This document shows positions 1 to 12,740 of a stretch of DNA of 64,000 nucleotides, in pieces (positions within the stretch are counted from its first letter, which is position 1; each line of letters begins with the position of its first letter). The position numbers and the translations under genes are program-made. The stretch comes from Octopus sinensis (lineage: Eukaryota). The stretch spans positions 77,128,001-77,192,000 of the forward strand of contig NC_042998.1 in assembly GCF_006345805.1 (NCBI RefSeq), given 5' to 3'. The notes under the pieces were generated by a model, which saw only the letters and a program-made list of their open reading frames with translations, was not told the DNA's origin and made no database searches.

Positions 1-869
1 TATGTATACATACATACGTATATATATGTGACTCTTTCCTTTACTGTTTCCACCCTCTCTCTCTCCCACTTTCGTTTTCTCTCTCATCCTTACTCTAATT
101 CTTTTTCTCTACCAGATATATATCTACACACCTACACCCATACAGTCAATACCTATACTTCACTTGCACCCGTACCTAAATTCCAGGTTCCATTAACTTG
201 TTCTGCAAATGTGATAAGAACCGATGCTGATCATAGTTTAATCAATAAGAGTAAGCTCGAGGTAAATGCAGCAAAAATAGTGCGGGGTGGGGGTCAGAGC
301 CCCCCCCATACTTAAACGGCCCTTGAGGAATTGAAATTCCTTACGATATTCCCTGGGAGTTCATCGTATGAAATTCATTGTAATTGCTCTGATTTGGTCG
401 TGAATATCATATATTTTGTTTAAAATGCAGTAAAAATAGGGGGTCAATGGGCCTCCAGTTAGGCGGCCCTTAAAAAATAGACCCCTTTAGGATATTCCTT
501 GGGGTTAAAGAAGTTGCTGGTTTGAGTTTTGTTGTCCTTACACCAATGGTCTTGGAGGAGATAACGGATAGAGAAACATCATTCAAATTTATTATAAGAC
601 ATGGGACTGCTCAAATAAACAAAAATGAGACAAAGATACCACCAAACCACCACGCTGTGATGAAAATTTCGGTTCTGCGATGAAGACGTCGGTTCTGTGA
701 TGAAAATGTCGGCTATACCAGTGTGGAAAATATCACCCACATCATCAGCAACTGGAGCATGATATTGCAAAGATAATTTACAACGCTATCCGCAGGAAGG
801 ATTGCCCTGACATATACGTCAAAGCCATGTCAGAATCATCAGTATGTATTCAAACTGTTAATAAACAAG

Positions 870-1320
870 AAATATTGGTGGAGCTCTCCAATAAAACAGC
901 AATTCGCTGCAATCATAACGAATACGATAATGTTTTGAGAGAGAAAGCGCAAAATCATGCACTGTAGTATATGCGTAGCTGTTCCATCAAAAAGTCCAAG
1001 AAAAAGAGAACAATTATGGCGACGAAGTTAAACTCACATTTGCACCTATCATCATAGGTGTATTAGATTATGCACCTACAATTTACACAAAAACCTACGG
1101 ATACTAGGTTTTTTGAAGAAAGAGCAAAAGTCAGATGTATATTTTCCAAATTCGGACTTAGCGGTATATTGAAGATTTGTAAGACGATACAAACATTCTC
1201 CATTCTTTAGCCGAATAGGCACACACACTTGCTGGTGTACTTCGACAGCTCAACCACCATATCAAAACAGCAAATACACTAACTCAACCACATATTTACA
1301 AACACTGGGAATTTTTTTAT
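870..1320 (+). mobile_element. Ancient decayed repeat, probably a LINE RT C-terminal remnant; second copy at 49845-50320
   Basis: Collinear matching blocks with 49845-50320: tattg..ctccaata.aaaca, atttg.ac.tatc.tcata.ggtg.attaga, ggttttt.gaagaa.gagcaaa and tcgacagctcaac. One frame reads VLDYAPTIY, resembling the LEY/LDY..W motif downstream of non-LTR RT. Confidence 0.45.
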
Positions 1321-1499
1321 GCTTAGTTAGCAACTGGCTTGAACGCTTAAGAAAATCCTTTAAAAACTCCAAGGAAAACGTGCATATGTGTTTCTACGTG
1401 TGTGTCTCTGTAGCATATGTTGTATAAAGTGAAAGAAAAATTGGATTGATATATATTATGTCTAAGGCGGTGAATAGTTGAATCGTAACAGTTCCACGC

Positions 1500-1680
1500 A
1501 AAAAAAGCTTAGCAGCATGTCTGTCTTTACGTTCTGAATTCAGGTTCCGCCGAGATTGACTTGGCGTTTCAACCTTTCGGAATCGATAAATTAAGCATGA
1601 TTTGGATTCTGGGGTCAATGTAAACGACTTAAACTTCTCCTGAAATTGCTGGCCTTGTGCCAAAATTTGAAACCAATTTA
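1500..1680 (+). mobile_element. Degenerate SINE, Deu/Nin-domain-like family
   Basis: Matches the 35107 and 63423 copies: ttacgttctga.ttca..ttccgccgag...cctttcgg..tcgataaattaag. Confidence 0.7.
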
Positions 1681-2283
1681 TATTATGTCTGAAAGCAAGA
1701 AGGGAATAGACGTATATGAAATTATAACTCTATTTGATCAGGACTGATTTAAGAGCAAGTAATAGCAACGAAATACTACGCTGTTAGTATTTAAAATTAT
1801 TTGTCTTTTACAGGAATTATTGTATTGTGCATTAGAGTAAGAAATTATTTTTCGTATATTGCGATTGCATCCGTATTTCAGTTCCATTTTCAACCTACTT
1901 AATTTACTTCAGCTAAAGTCAGTAATTTTCTTTTCCTGGCAACTATGTCCGTTACAATGTTTCAAATCCGGTACGTATTTCATTTCATTATACCATTAAT
2001 GATGAAAGGGAAGACACGCATAATTCTATTCAATACATCTAATTGCTTAAAATCAATGAACCTAGTGCTTACTCGATGTAAATGAATATTTTAGAGTAAA
2101 ATAGTGACAATGTATATTATAATTTGGAAGTCTGAGAGCCACAAAGTGATACATGACATAACTATTTTAGAATCCGGCTAAACATATTTAGGTGTATCGC
2201 ACAATTTACTTCATAACCCTTGTTCTGCGTTACATAACTACACATTTTTTAGTATTGAATGCTCTCGGATATTTTATAATGCA

Positions 2284-2334
<51 letters not shown>

Positions 2335-2355
2335 CATAGATACATACATAATTAT

Positions 2356-2416
<61 letters not shown>

Positions 2417-2539
2417 GCATGTATGTATGTGTCTGTAAGTATGTGTGTGCACTTGTGTGTGAGTGTGATTGTGTATGTGTGTTTGTGTGTGTGTTTCAGG
2501 GCGTCTTTATATATATAGTGTTCTTTTTTAAATATATGA

Positions 2540-3545
2540 ACTACCACGCTGCCGCACTTGCCCTTACCTCTCCAACAGGCACTTCTGCTCTCTCTGTCAT
2601 TCTCTATATATCGCTGAAAGGGGACGCCGCTTGGCTGACCGGTTCGGTTCGCGGAAAACCTCCGAGACATCAGACTCGGCAACGACACCCCGCTCTCACG
2701 CCATTTCCGCTCTACCGCTCATTCTTTACAACAGGTGTCTGTGTTCAGATTGTCCTTGCACAGGGGCCATCCGAACTCCGGTCTTCACCGTGAACAAAGA
2801 TTAATCTTCTCTCTTCGTTTCTTTGCGCCCCATGGGCTCAACTCTCCTCCCCTCTTCATCTATCCCTCCTTCTCTCTCCTCTCTTCCTCTCACACCTACT
2901 TCTCCTCTCTTGTTCTGACACCTACTTCCGCTCTCTACTCCTACTCACCTCCTCCCTTCCACCTTCATCGTCACCCCCTCCCTCGTAACCCCACCCTACA
3001 CACTCCAACCCCACCATCCCTATACATCCCACTCAACCCCATTCCTTGCTTCCCCCACTCTCGCCTCCCTCACACCCCAACACCACCACATCACCACATC
3101 ATACGCTACTATACCAGACCACACCACATCACATCACCCCGCTCACACTAGCACTGACCACTTCCCAGCAACCACACCATCATCAACACCTACACATTGA
3201 CACACGCACATGTTAAGGTCACCATGTCACTTCCATACGCACATACACGGTCTCATATCCACACGCACGCGCACCTTCGTTTTGGGATTACCATTACATT
3301 ATTATCTACCCTTCTTCCTAGCGCTCCTGTATGACCTCTTCTGTCTGGCATTCGCCATGATTGATCGCTAGCCACTAAACATTTTCTTATTTTCTCTCCT
3401 TGTTTATTTCTGTGTTCCTTTCTGTCGAAGAGCGTAGGCTTGAAACGTAAAATACTTTTTCACTTCTGTAACGTTAAACTAATACATGTTTGTTGTTTAC
3501 ACACCCGTCTTCGTATTTTGCTTTTTGTAAATTCTCACTATACAT
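2540..3545 (+). mobile_element. Penelope-like element 3' fragment: frameshifted GIY-YIG endonuclease plus terminal repeat (pLTR)
   Basis: Across frameshifts, 2590-2850 reconstructs to [30 protein letters not shown]...HFRS.HS...REQRLIFSL..P.GLN. The 3340-3545 end recurs at 42985-43160. Confidence 0.75.
3418..3452 (+). ncRNA. Variant minimal hammerhead-like motif in PLE terminal repeat
   Basis: cttt CTGTCGA a GAGC-gtag-GCTT GAAA CG TA aaat. Stem II, GAAA, palindromic ACGT and GUA triplet are present; the core has U at position 6 and an extra A. Confidence 0.45.
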
Positions 3546-3549
3546 ACAA

Positions 3550-3589
<40 letters not shown>

Positions 3590-3621
3590 TTATATATACA
3601 CATATATCGTCAATATATATA

Positions 3622-4351
3622 CAGGGTGCCGACGATATTTGAGGACAGATTTATGGTTTAAAAAAACCTTTATATGATAACAGAAAAACACTTTTATAAA
3701 GATAAAACCATCAATAACTGCCTCTACGCCGGGTCAAAATCGTTTACAAGCTCGGATTAAGTGGACCTTGTTCCTTCTGTTAGTTTTCTGGTCCTGGTTA
3801 ATTTTTTCTCATACGAGAAAAATCAAATCACACCATCTGATGAATCTTAAGTTTATTCAAAATCCCTTTGGGTCTGATGAAACGGTTTTGCTTAGTTTTT
3901 TCTGATATGAATTGACCTCTCCTCATCACGTAAGATTTGTATCTGATGTCTTCATATATAACATTTGTGTATGAAGACATCAGATTGAAGATATCAGATT
4001 GCCTTTAGTGACACACGAATTTTCCATTTAACTTCCTAAATGAATTTAGGTGCCCTGATAGAATCAGAGCGTTTGGAATTTTTTTCACGTTTTGATACAG
4101 GTAATACACTTCAATCCTCCTTCTCTAACTCATACCGAATCTTGTGGACAAATGGTTTGCATCTTTAAGAAAACGAGAAGTTTTTAAATCACCATACTTA
4201 ACATTCAAAGCCACATCATAGGCGCCTTTTCATTTCATTAGTAAGCATAGGGCCAGTTATTGTTATTTTCTGAAATTGAAGTTTAATAAAATTTAGTCAA
4301 ATTCAATAATAACTAAAAATGTATGTGTCCACAAATATCGTCCGTACCTTG
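3622..4351 (-). mobile_element. Internally deleted Tc1/mariner-superfamily element (maT/rosa-like)
   Basis: Imperfect TIRs CAGGGTGCCGACGATATTTGAGGACA and TGTCCACAAATATCGTCCGTACCTTG flanked by TA. Minus-strand remnants of transposase N-terminus (KYGDLKTSRFLK) and C-terminus (VEAVIDGFI). Confidence 0.75.
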
Positions 4352-5671
4352 TATATATATATATATATATACATACGATTTAATATACACTGCATTGAAA
4401 TAAGACCTACTGAGTGTTTCATGCCAAAGAAACGGAATAAATCGTCAGAATTATGCAACGCTCCTTGTGTCTCCACACAACGTAATATTAGGCTCGTTGA
4501 ACAAATCTGCTGAATTATCCTTGTTTCCAGGGCATGAAACTATTAGTAGCTCTTATTTAAATAATGTGCATATCAAAGGATATTTATCTCTTACTGGATG
4601 GAATAATTTTTTCTTGTTTCTATCTGTAACGGAAGAATAAACAGTATATGTATGTGTGTGTATAAATATATATATATGTGTGTGCGTGTTTGTGTGTGTG
4701 TATGTGTGTGTAGTATTTGTATATTCACTTTTGAGGGCATCATTTCCAAGAGGGATTGATGTCCTCAGACGGTAACCAGCAATGAGCAGGTATTTCTACT
4801 CTAAATTGTAACATTCTCCCGTTGATGGGTGAGCAGATATGGCCTGACTACCGCTTATAATCTCCTGGTTTCCTACTTAACTCCTCTGTCTTGTTCTGTG
4901 ACCCGCAGGAAGCTCCTTCTGCTATCTTTCCCATCTCCTTGTTTCCTTTTGCTTGTAAGGATTATCTATACCGACTGAGCAGAAAACCCCGTATAGCCAA
5001 TCTTGACTGGAAATAGATCTGACCTCCATTATTTCTCCCTGCAATCCTGAAAATAGTTTCTGGTAGTTGGCACGATTCTATTCAAAGGCTTTATGGATTT
5101 TTTCTGTAAGCTCGATTAGGATTTTTCTGATGTTATAGTTATATGGACGACTAGGGAAACAGCTGTCTCAGCTAGGTCTGCTTGCATATTCCATGTATAC
5201 ATGCATACATTTTTGGTTCTATCATTTCTAATTCGGTAGTTTAATGCTACAAATAAGGAAGATAGGTTCGAGTACAACTTGTTTTCGGATCAAATGCACC
5301 ACGAACTATATTATCTTTCTCTTCTAAAATAAGTACCCTTATATATTTGTTGTATCTTTGTAACAATAAAAAAACATAGTAATAGATCTAAGTAATTAAA
5401 GATGAAATTGGATATATATATATTAACAAATACGAAGGATATGACATTTCAACTATGTTCAATGAATCACTGAAAAGATATAATGTATAATGTACTCAAC
5501 CGTATTTATGTATAAGATGTATATTATATGTGTGTTGCAAATATATTTTGTACATGGAAATTGCAATATATTTCATACAGAAGTTCATGAATATAAGCCA
5601 TTGGAAATGTACGCAGTGAACATATACTGAATGACATTGATAAATTGTACATATGTTTCATTGTTACACAC

Positions 5672-5705
<34 letters not shown>

Positions 5706-6439
5706 GTATATATATAGGAACTATTATAACAAGATATATATTGTCTTTGTATGGGATGATTGTCACATTTATTATCAACAGAATATATTACGTCGATAGA
5801 CGAATTTTGACGAGAGTTCATGTTATGTCGATTCATTTACTAGATAATTGTTTCAGAATATATTTCTTTTAGGCATGACGTCATTTTGACAGCACGGGTA
5901 TACTGGTTGCATAATATAGCTAACAGCACGTTCAGTTTACAACATCGAGGAAACTGTAACTAGGATAGAAATGAACAAAACTGCCAAGAGACTATAATAG
6001 AACGTCATATGGATTTAATAATGGTTTTAGGGCAACTGATTGTTAGAACTGCAAATGATATCTCTAGACGAGAAGGCTGTATAGAAATTGGAAATACGAA
6101 AGATTTAAGGATAGATACATACTGTAATCATATTAACAATAAAAAATTTGCAAATAAATAAGAAAGGATTTGATGACTTATAATATAGATACGTTGTAAC
6201 AGCAACAATATTAAGCAGAGCTAGAGAAGATACAACATGGTTTACTCTAAATTTTAAGCACTCTGTGCTTAAAATAGAAAACAGATATCAGGCTCTTAAA
6301 ACGTTCGGGACTAAATATGTAAGTAAGATATGTGAGGACAGGATTATTTTATATGAGATGACAAAACACCATCGACAACAGTGCCATGAATGAACAGAGT
6401 GGCTGAGATATGAATTGATGCCAAGAGTGACGAAAGCAT

Positions 6440-7260
6440 TATAATTTGAATTAAAAAGAAATTAAATGACATTAAGGATATATATAGACTTACGATTACG
6501 ATAGAATGTAATCTTAAAAGCTTAGATTTTTTAGATATCAACTTAGATTTACAATTAGATAAATTTAAACCCTACCGTAAGCTCAATAAAAAGCTGTTAT
6601 ATTAACAAAGAATCTGATCATCCACCCGTAATTCTTAAGAACTTAGTTAAGAATGAAGGAAGGCGAATATCATCAGTTTCTTCGGATGAGACAGCATTTC
6701 AAATGCATTAAGAAAAGTGGATTATCGGAGAAGATCCAGTATAATCAAGTTAATTCTAGCAATAATAGGCCACATAGAACTAGAGCTAGGAAAGTTTTAT
6801 GGTTTAACCCCGCATTTAACATTGCCGTAAAACTATTGCCGCAGGGAATTCTTAAAATTAGCTTCTAAGCATTTTCAATCTAGCCATGGGTTCTATAGAA
6901 TATTTAATAAGAGAACACTGAAGGCTAGCTATTCTTGTTCCAAAATATCGCCTCTTTTATTACTCAGCATAACCTGAAAATTATTACAGACAACTGTAGT
7001 TGTCTGTAATAATTTTCGTGTTATGATGAGGAACTGCAACTTGAAAGATTAGACTTGCTGTCCGTTGGAAGGAAAATGCCCTGAAAAAGTATTGTTCATT
7101 GAGCCAAAGTACAAATACATAGCGCGTAAGAATATAAAACATACAGGGGCTTCGGAAAATTCATTCAAGACTTGATTCTATTCTCACCAAAGTTTTTCCG
7201 ATACCCCGAGGACAGGACAGCGACTAGACTTGCAATACATGTCTGGGAAAAGCTTTCTAT
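6440..7260 (+). mobile_element. Decayed Penelope-like element (RT thumb, linker, GIY-YIG)
   Basis: Broken frames give LDFLDINLDL..KFKPYRK, INKESDHPP, RKVLWFNP and CPLEGKC. Related to the 30270-30900 copy. Confidence 0.75.
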
Positions 7261-7289
7261 AAATTCGCAAAGTAAACAGCTTCAATACA

Positions 7290-9170
7290 ATATAAATAGG
7301 ACCATTCTTCCAAGGAAATGATTCACTGATAGCAGACCCAGAAATTTAAAAGTGTCTTCACTTCACCCCTTAAACACATGCAAATAATAATTTCAGCTGA
7401 ATTTTTTGATATTCCAGCTCTAAAAAATACGGGGTTAAACCATCAATTACACCAGCATTGGGGAAACAGATGTAACAGTGGCCATAGAGGAAATGAGTTC
7501 ATGCTCCGACATTGGTCCTGATGGCTTTCCAGCTATTCTCATAAAGTCATGTAAGCAGGCTATAGCGAAACCACTTCTGATACTTTTCCAAAGTATCCTT
7601 GCAAGTGGTATACTTGCTAAAAAGTTGAAAGAAGGTATTATATGCCCTATCCCCAAAGGGGGAAGCAGAGCAGAGACCAAAAACTACAGGCTAATCTCTG
7701 ACTTTGCATTTCAGTGAAGTCATGGAGTGAATCATCAGAAAGAAGTTGATAATGTTCCTTGAAGAAAATTACCTACTGAACAATATTCAGCATGGCTTTT
7801 GCCCAGGAAGACGCTGCCTCACACAGCTCCTTCAGCACTATGACTGAGTTTTGAAACAGTTGCTTGATCATTCAGATGTCAGTGGGATATACCTTGACTT
7901 TGCAAAGGCATTTGTTAAGGTAGATCATAGCATGATAAGTCATAAGCTACGAGACCTTGGCATCACTGGTAAACTGGGAAAGTGGTTGCACGACTGCCTT
8001 AAAAAGAGGACTCAGCTAGTTACAGCCAACGGGGCCCTTTCTGAGGAAACTGAAATCATAAGTGGTGTCCCCCCAGGAACTGTTCTGGGGCCGTTACTGT
8101 CCATAATAGCCCTCTTAGACATGCCCACAGTCACTCGGACAGCCACTGTCACTAGCTATGCTGATGATACAAAATTATCACAGGCAGTAAAAAACCAAGA
8201 GGATGTTACAAGCTTAGAGCGGGATCAGAACTCAGTATACAAGTGGGCCTAAATAAACATGTAGTTTAATGTTGGAAAATTTCAAGTACTGCAATATTAA
8301 CTAAGTACAAATACAGTACAATGTACATTTACAGGATCCGAAAGCACTACAGTCCCAGAGTCACAGGCAGTGAAAGATTTGGGTATAAGCAGGTGCAATT
8401 AAGCATTATTTCATATTTACATAAGTAATATGGCAGCAACATGCAGACAACTGGTAGGATGGATACTGAGGTCTTTCAAGACTAGAGACCAAGAAAGTAT
8501 GTTGACCCTGTGGAGAACCTTTGTTCTCGGCCGCCTAGACTACTGTTCCCAGTTATGGTCACCTCATAGTGCCAAACTAACAGTGGAGGTTGAAGCAATC
8601 CAATGCCAATACACTAAAAAGATTGAAACAGTGCAGTGAATGAGCTATAGGAATAGGCTGAGAAAACTAAACTCAACTCCTTGGAGCGAAAGCGTGACGG
8701 ATACACAATAATATACATATGAAAAATGTTAGAAAGGCTAGTACATAACTTTGGCTTTGAGTGTTGTACAAATGCCAGAACTGACCGCCATTGCATTGTA
8801 CCAAAGTTACCGTCCACTCCATCTGAATTCAGGAACAGGTATTGCAATAGTCTAGGGTTCAAAGGCCCACAGATTTTCAATACTCTGTCACAAAAATCAA
8901 GAAATTTGCATAACGTAGAAATAGATGTCTTCAAAAAGGAATTAGACATCCTCCACTCCACAATACCGGATGAACCATCAGTCCGACATGAGGTACAGAC
9001 GAGGGCTGTGGAATCAAAGTCAGTTATACATCAAAAGTACCAACAGCTGGGGAAAAGACACATACAGGAGTGGTGATGTGAAACACCCAGACTGAGGAAG
9101 TCAGAAAGACCATGGTGGTGCTCCAGCATGAACACAGCCGCATGGCTGAAACGAGTCAAAGAGTAAAAGA
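7290..9170 (+). mobile_element. 5'-truncated CR1-group LINE (RT pseudogene) with 3' tail
   Basis: ORF fragments GPDGFP..KNYRLIS, YLDFAKAF.KVDH, SGVPPGTVLGPLL, YADDTKL and LDYCSQLWSP, broken by stops and frameshifts. Confidence 0.92.
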
Positions 9171-9618
9171 GTGTATACTTGTGTATATGTGAGCATGTAT
9201 TTGCATATATATTTTAGTATATTTGTATGCGTATCTATATGTATGTATATTTTGTATGTATGTTTTAAGCACATGTAGATACGCATATACTTTTATGTGT
9301 TCGTTGCGCATGCTAAACGGCGTATCTAATTGTCCTTAGATACTTTCGAACGCCATGATGTAACATTCCCTATCCCTACCTATTTTACCTGTCTCTCTCT
9401 AATTTTCTGTTTCTCTTTCTTTTATTTCTTTTCCTATTTTCTTCTTTTCCACTGTTCCCCGACCATACTTAAAATTTTCTGATTTTTTCCTTCTCTTTGT
9501 TTCGCCTGTAACAACTACTTCTATAAGAATACGCAGGAGATTTTGTGCGGTGCGTACAAACTTATATGCACTTGTATATATATTTATGCCTTGCCTATAA
9601 TAATATATATTATATATA

Positions 9619-10121
9619 TCTATTATATAAAACTCTAGTTGTGTGAGTGTCTGTCCCCTTCGATTTAGATTCCTAACTCCTCCACATTTTGCGGTGCAGT
9701 TTAACCAAATTTCGGTATCTTATACGTGATTCATATCGAGCCCATCTGACTATTAGCGCGCGCGTCAACGATGAGTCTACGATTTAAAAAATAATTTAAC
9801 ATCATTTTTTATTCCATTTTAATGCATAAAATGCATCTATGTCGATGGCGGCGAGTTGGCGTCCACGCTCACAGCTGCACCTGTTTGCTTCCCCCCTTCC
9901 CTTCCCTCCCTCGTGAAGCTTTGGGGGAGGAGTGTAAGAAATCAACGTCGTAATGCGTTGTGAAGGAACCAGCGTTCTTTTAGAACAACGACTTCATGGC
10001 TTGAAACACCAAAACAGAAATGGCTAAGAAAGCCCGAATTTATATAGGGAAGTAACTCTCTAAAAATGCTTATATAGTTATTTCCCTTACAAACCCGAGC
10101 AACGCCGGGCGATACTGCTAG
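9619..10121 (+). mobile_element. Non-autonomous Helitron-like element, copy 1
   Basis: Starts A|TC, ends CTAG|T, subterminal hairpin CCCGagcaacgcCGGG; about 500 bp; inverted relative to copies 2-4. Confidence 0.8.
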
Positions 10122-10162
<41 letters not shown>

Positions 10163-10163
<1 letters not shown>

Positions 10164-10668
10164 TAGCATATCGCCCGGTTGCTCGGGTTTGTAAGGGAAA
10201 TAACTATATAAGCATTTTTAGAGAGTTACTTCCCTTATAAGATAGCCAATTCGGGCTTTCTTAGCCATTTCTGTTTTGGTGTCTTCAAGCCATGAAGTCG
10301 TTGTTCTAAAAGAACGCTGGTCTCCTTGACAACGCTTTACGACGTTGATTTCCTTACTCTCCCTTCCCCACAGCTTCACGACGGAGGGAAGAAGGGGAAG
10401 CAAACAGGTGCAGGTGTGACCATGGACGCCAACTCCGCCGCCATCGACACACGAAAAATTATGCATTAAAATGGAATAAAAAATGATGTTAAATTATTTT
10501 TAAAATCGTAGACTCATCGTTGACGCGCGCTAATACTCAGACGGTCTCGATATAAATCACGACTATAAGATACCCGAATTTGGTTAACTGCACCGCAAAA
10601 TGTTGGAGGAGTTAGGAATCTAAATCGAAGGGGACAGACACTCACACAACTACAGTTTTATATATAGA
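10163..10668 (-). mobile_element. Non-autonomous Helitron-like element, copy 2
   Basis: Reverse complement of copy 1; CTAG at 10163-10166, GA (minus-strand TC) at 10667-10668. Confidence 0.8.
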
Positions 10669-11184
10669 CTAGCAGTATCGCCCGGCGTTGCTCGGGTTTG
10701 TAAGGGAAATAACTATATAAGCATTTTTAGAGAGTTACTTCCTTTATAGATGCCAATTCGGGCTTTCTTAGCCATTTCTGTTTGGGTGTCTTCAAGCCAT
10801 GAAGTCGTTGTTCTAAAAGAACGCTGGTCTCCTTGACAACGCATTACGACGTTGATTTCCTAAACTCCCTTCCCCACAGCTTCACGAGGGAGGGAAGAAG
10901 GGGGAGAAGCAAACACAGGTGCAGGTGTTTGAGCGTGGACGCCAACTCCGCCGCCATCGACACACGAAAAATTATGCATTAAAATGGAATAAAAAATGAT
11001 GTTAAATTATTTTTAAAACCGTAGACTCATCGTTGACGCGTGCTAATATCCAGACGGGCTCGATATTAATCACGACTATAAGATACCCGAATTTGGTTAA
11101 ACTGCACCGCAAAATGTTGGAGGAGTTAGGAATCTAAATCGTAGGAGACAGACACTCACACAACTACAGTTTTATATATATAGA
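10669..11184 (-). mobile_element. Non-autonomous Helitron-like element, copy 3
   Basis: Abuts copy 2 with no spacer; same internal sequence. Confidence 0.8.
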
Positions 11185-11188
11185 TATA

Positions 11189-11321
11189 CTAGCAGTATCA
11201 CCCGGCGTTGCTCGGGTTTGTAAGGGAAATAACTATATAAGCATTTTTAGAGAGTTACTTCCCTTATAAATTCGGGCTTTCTTAGCCATTTTTGTTTTGG
11301 TGTCTTCAAGCCATGAAGTCG
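11189..11321 (-). mobile_element. Helitron-like element, truncated copy 4 (3' end only)
   Basis: ctagcagtatcacccggcgttgctcggg... stops after gccatgaagtcg. Confidence 0.75.
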
Positions 11322-11337
11322 CGCACGCACACATACA

Positions 11338-11387
<50 letters not shown>

Positions 11388-11393
11388 CATACA

Positions 11394-12648
11394 CAGGGTT
11401 GGACAAAATAATGGAAACATCTTAAAATTTCAAGCACATCTATTTTAATATGGGATAGGGCCGCCTTTGACAGTAATTACAGCTTCAATTCTACGAGGTA
11501 TGGACTCGTGCAAAGTTTGAATTGCTTCCAAAGTAATTGTTGTCCATTCTTCAGCTAAAACAGTCTCCTGTCCTGTAGTGATGATGGTGGACGATATCGA
11601 ATCCTCATTTGTTTTTCTAATATACACAAAAATGGTCAATAATATTGAGATCTGTGGACTGTAGAGGCCAGATAAGATGTTCAACTTCACTAGAATGTTC
11701 CTCGGGCCATTTAGAAACAACTTTAGCTGTGTGAATTGGTGCATTATCATCCTGAAATATTGCGTTTCCCTCCGGAAACAGTTCCGCAATCATAGGATAA
11801 ATTTGATCGGATAAAATGCTTAAATAGTCTTGACTATTCATCCTGCCACGAAGGGTAACCATTAGGCCGGCGGATTTCCAAGATATCGTCCCCTAGATCA
11901 TCACAGATCCTCTTCCATGTTTCACAGTTGGAAGATGTCCGTCTAGGTCAAATGCTTCTTTTGGCTGTCTTCTCACGTATACTCGACCGGTAGTCGGAAA
12001 TAAGGTAAAGAATGACACGTCCGAGAAAATAATATTCTTCCTCTGCTCTAGGGACCTGTTTTCTAGGTTTTGACTCCACTCTAAACGCTTTGCAACGTTT
12101 GTTTTTGAAAGTGGTGGTTTTCTGATTGCAGCCCTCCGGCTCCCGACGAATAAATTTTGTGGAAACTGTGTGCTCGAGGTGGTAATTAAGTTCAGCACTA
12201 ACTTTGGAAGCTGTAATTTTGTGATCGTTTCTAACAATTCGCGTAAGATTCCGACTGTCCCTATCTGAAAGTCTTGGGTTTCTTCCGGAGTTTTGTTTCA
12301 ACGAGGAGGCTTTTCCCCGATTTCTCAAAGGTTGTCATTTCTTTCGAGAGAGTACTTCTCAGTACACCAAACATTTCGGCTGTTTTCTTTACGCTAGCGC
12401 CTGTCGTATGAGCAACAACAATTTGACCCTTTTGAATGTCCGATAGATTTGTCACTTCAATGAATTTTAATTACCTTTGTCTCATGACATTTGAAAAGAA
12501 ACAGGAATTTTTGCAAAAGATATTAAGCAAAACTAATGATATATAAATAAAAAAGCATAAAAATAAACAAGCTTTTGACGGTTTTATAGGTATTTCAAAT
12601 TTATGATGCTATGATGCTAGGTGTTTCCGATATTTTGTCCAAACCCTG
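11394..12648 (-). mobile_element. Full-length decayed Tc1-like DNA transposon
   Basis: TIRs CAGGGTTGGACAAAATA and TATTTTGTCCAAACCCTG. Frameshifted transposase: HTH MTNLSDIQKGQIV, IIFSDVS, FQDDNAPIHT, WPLQSTDLNII, RRIEAVITVKGG. Confidence 0.92.
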
Positions 12649-12740
12649 TATATACATACATATATATATATATATATAAACATATATATATATATACATA
12701 CATAAATACACATACATATATACATATATATATATACACA

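Noticed and set aside
243-600. Possible Helitron/Helentron-type non-autonomous element
   Set aside because: The right end looks repeat-like, but the termini are not diagnostic and there is only one copy in the window.
657-716. 20-bp unit repeated three times, containing TGATGA/CGATGA
   Set aside because: A short minisatellite. Three units with no constant-repeat/spacer architecture, so neither CRISPR-like nor a supported C/D snoRNA.
4690-5140. Possible REL-LINE 3' remnant
   Set aside because: No motif could be reconstructed convincingly.
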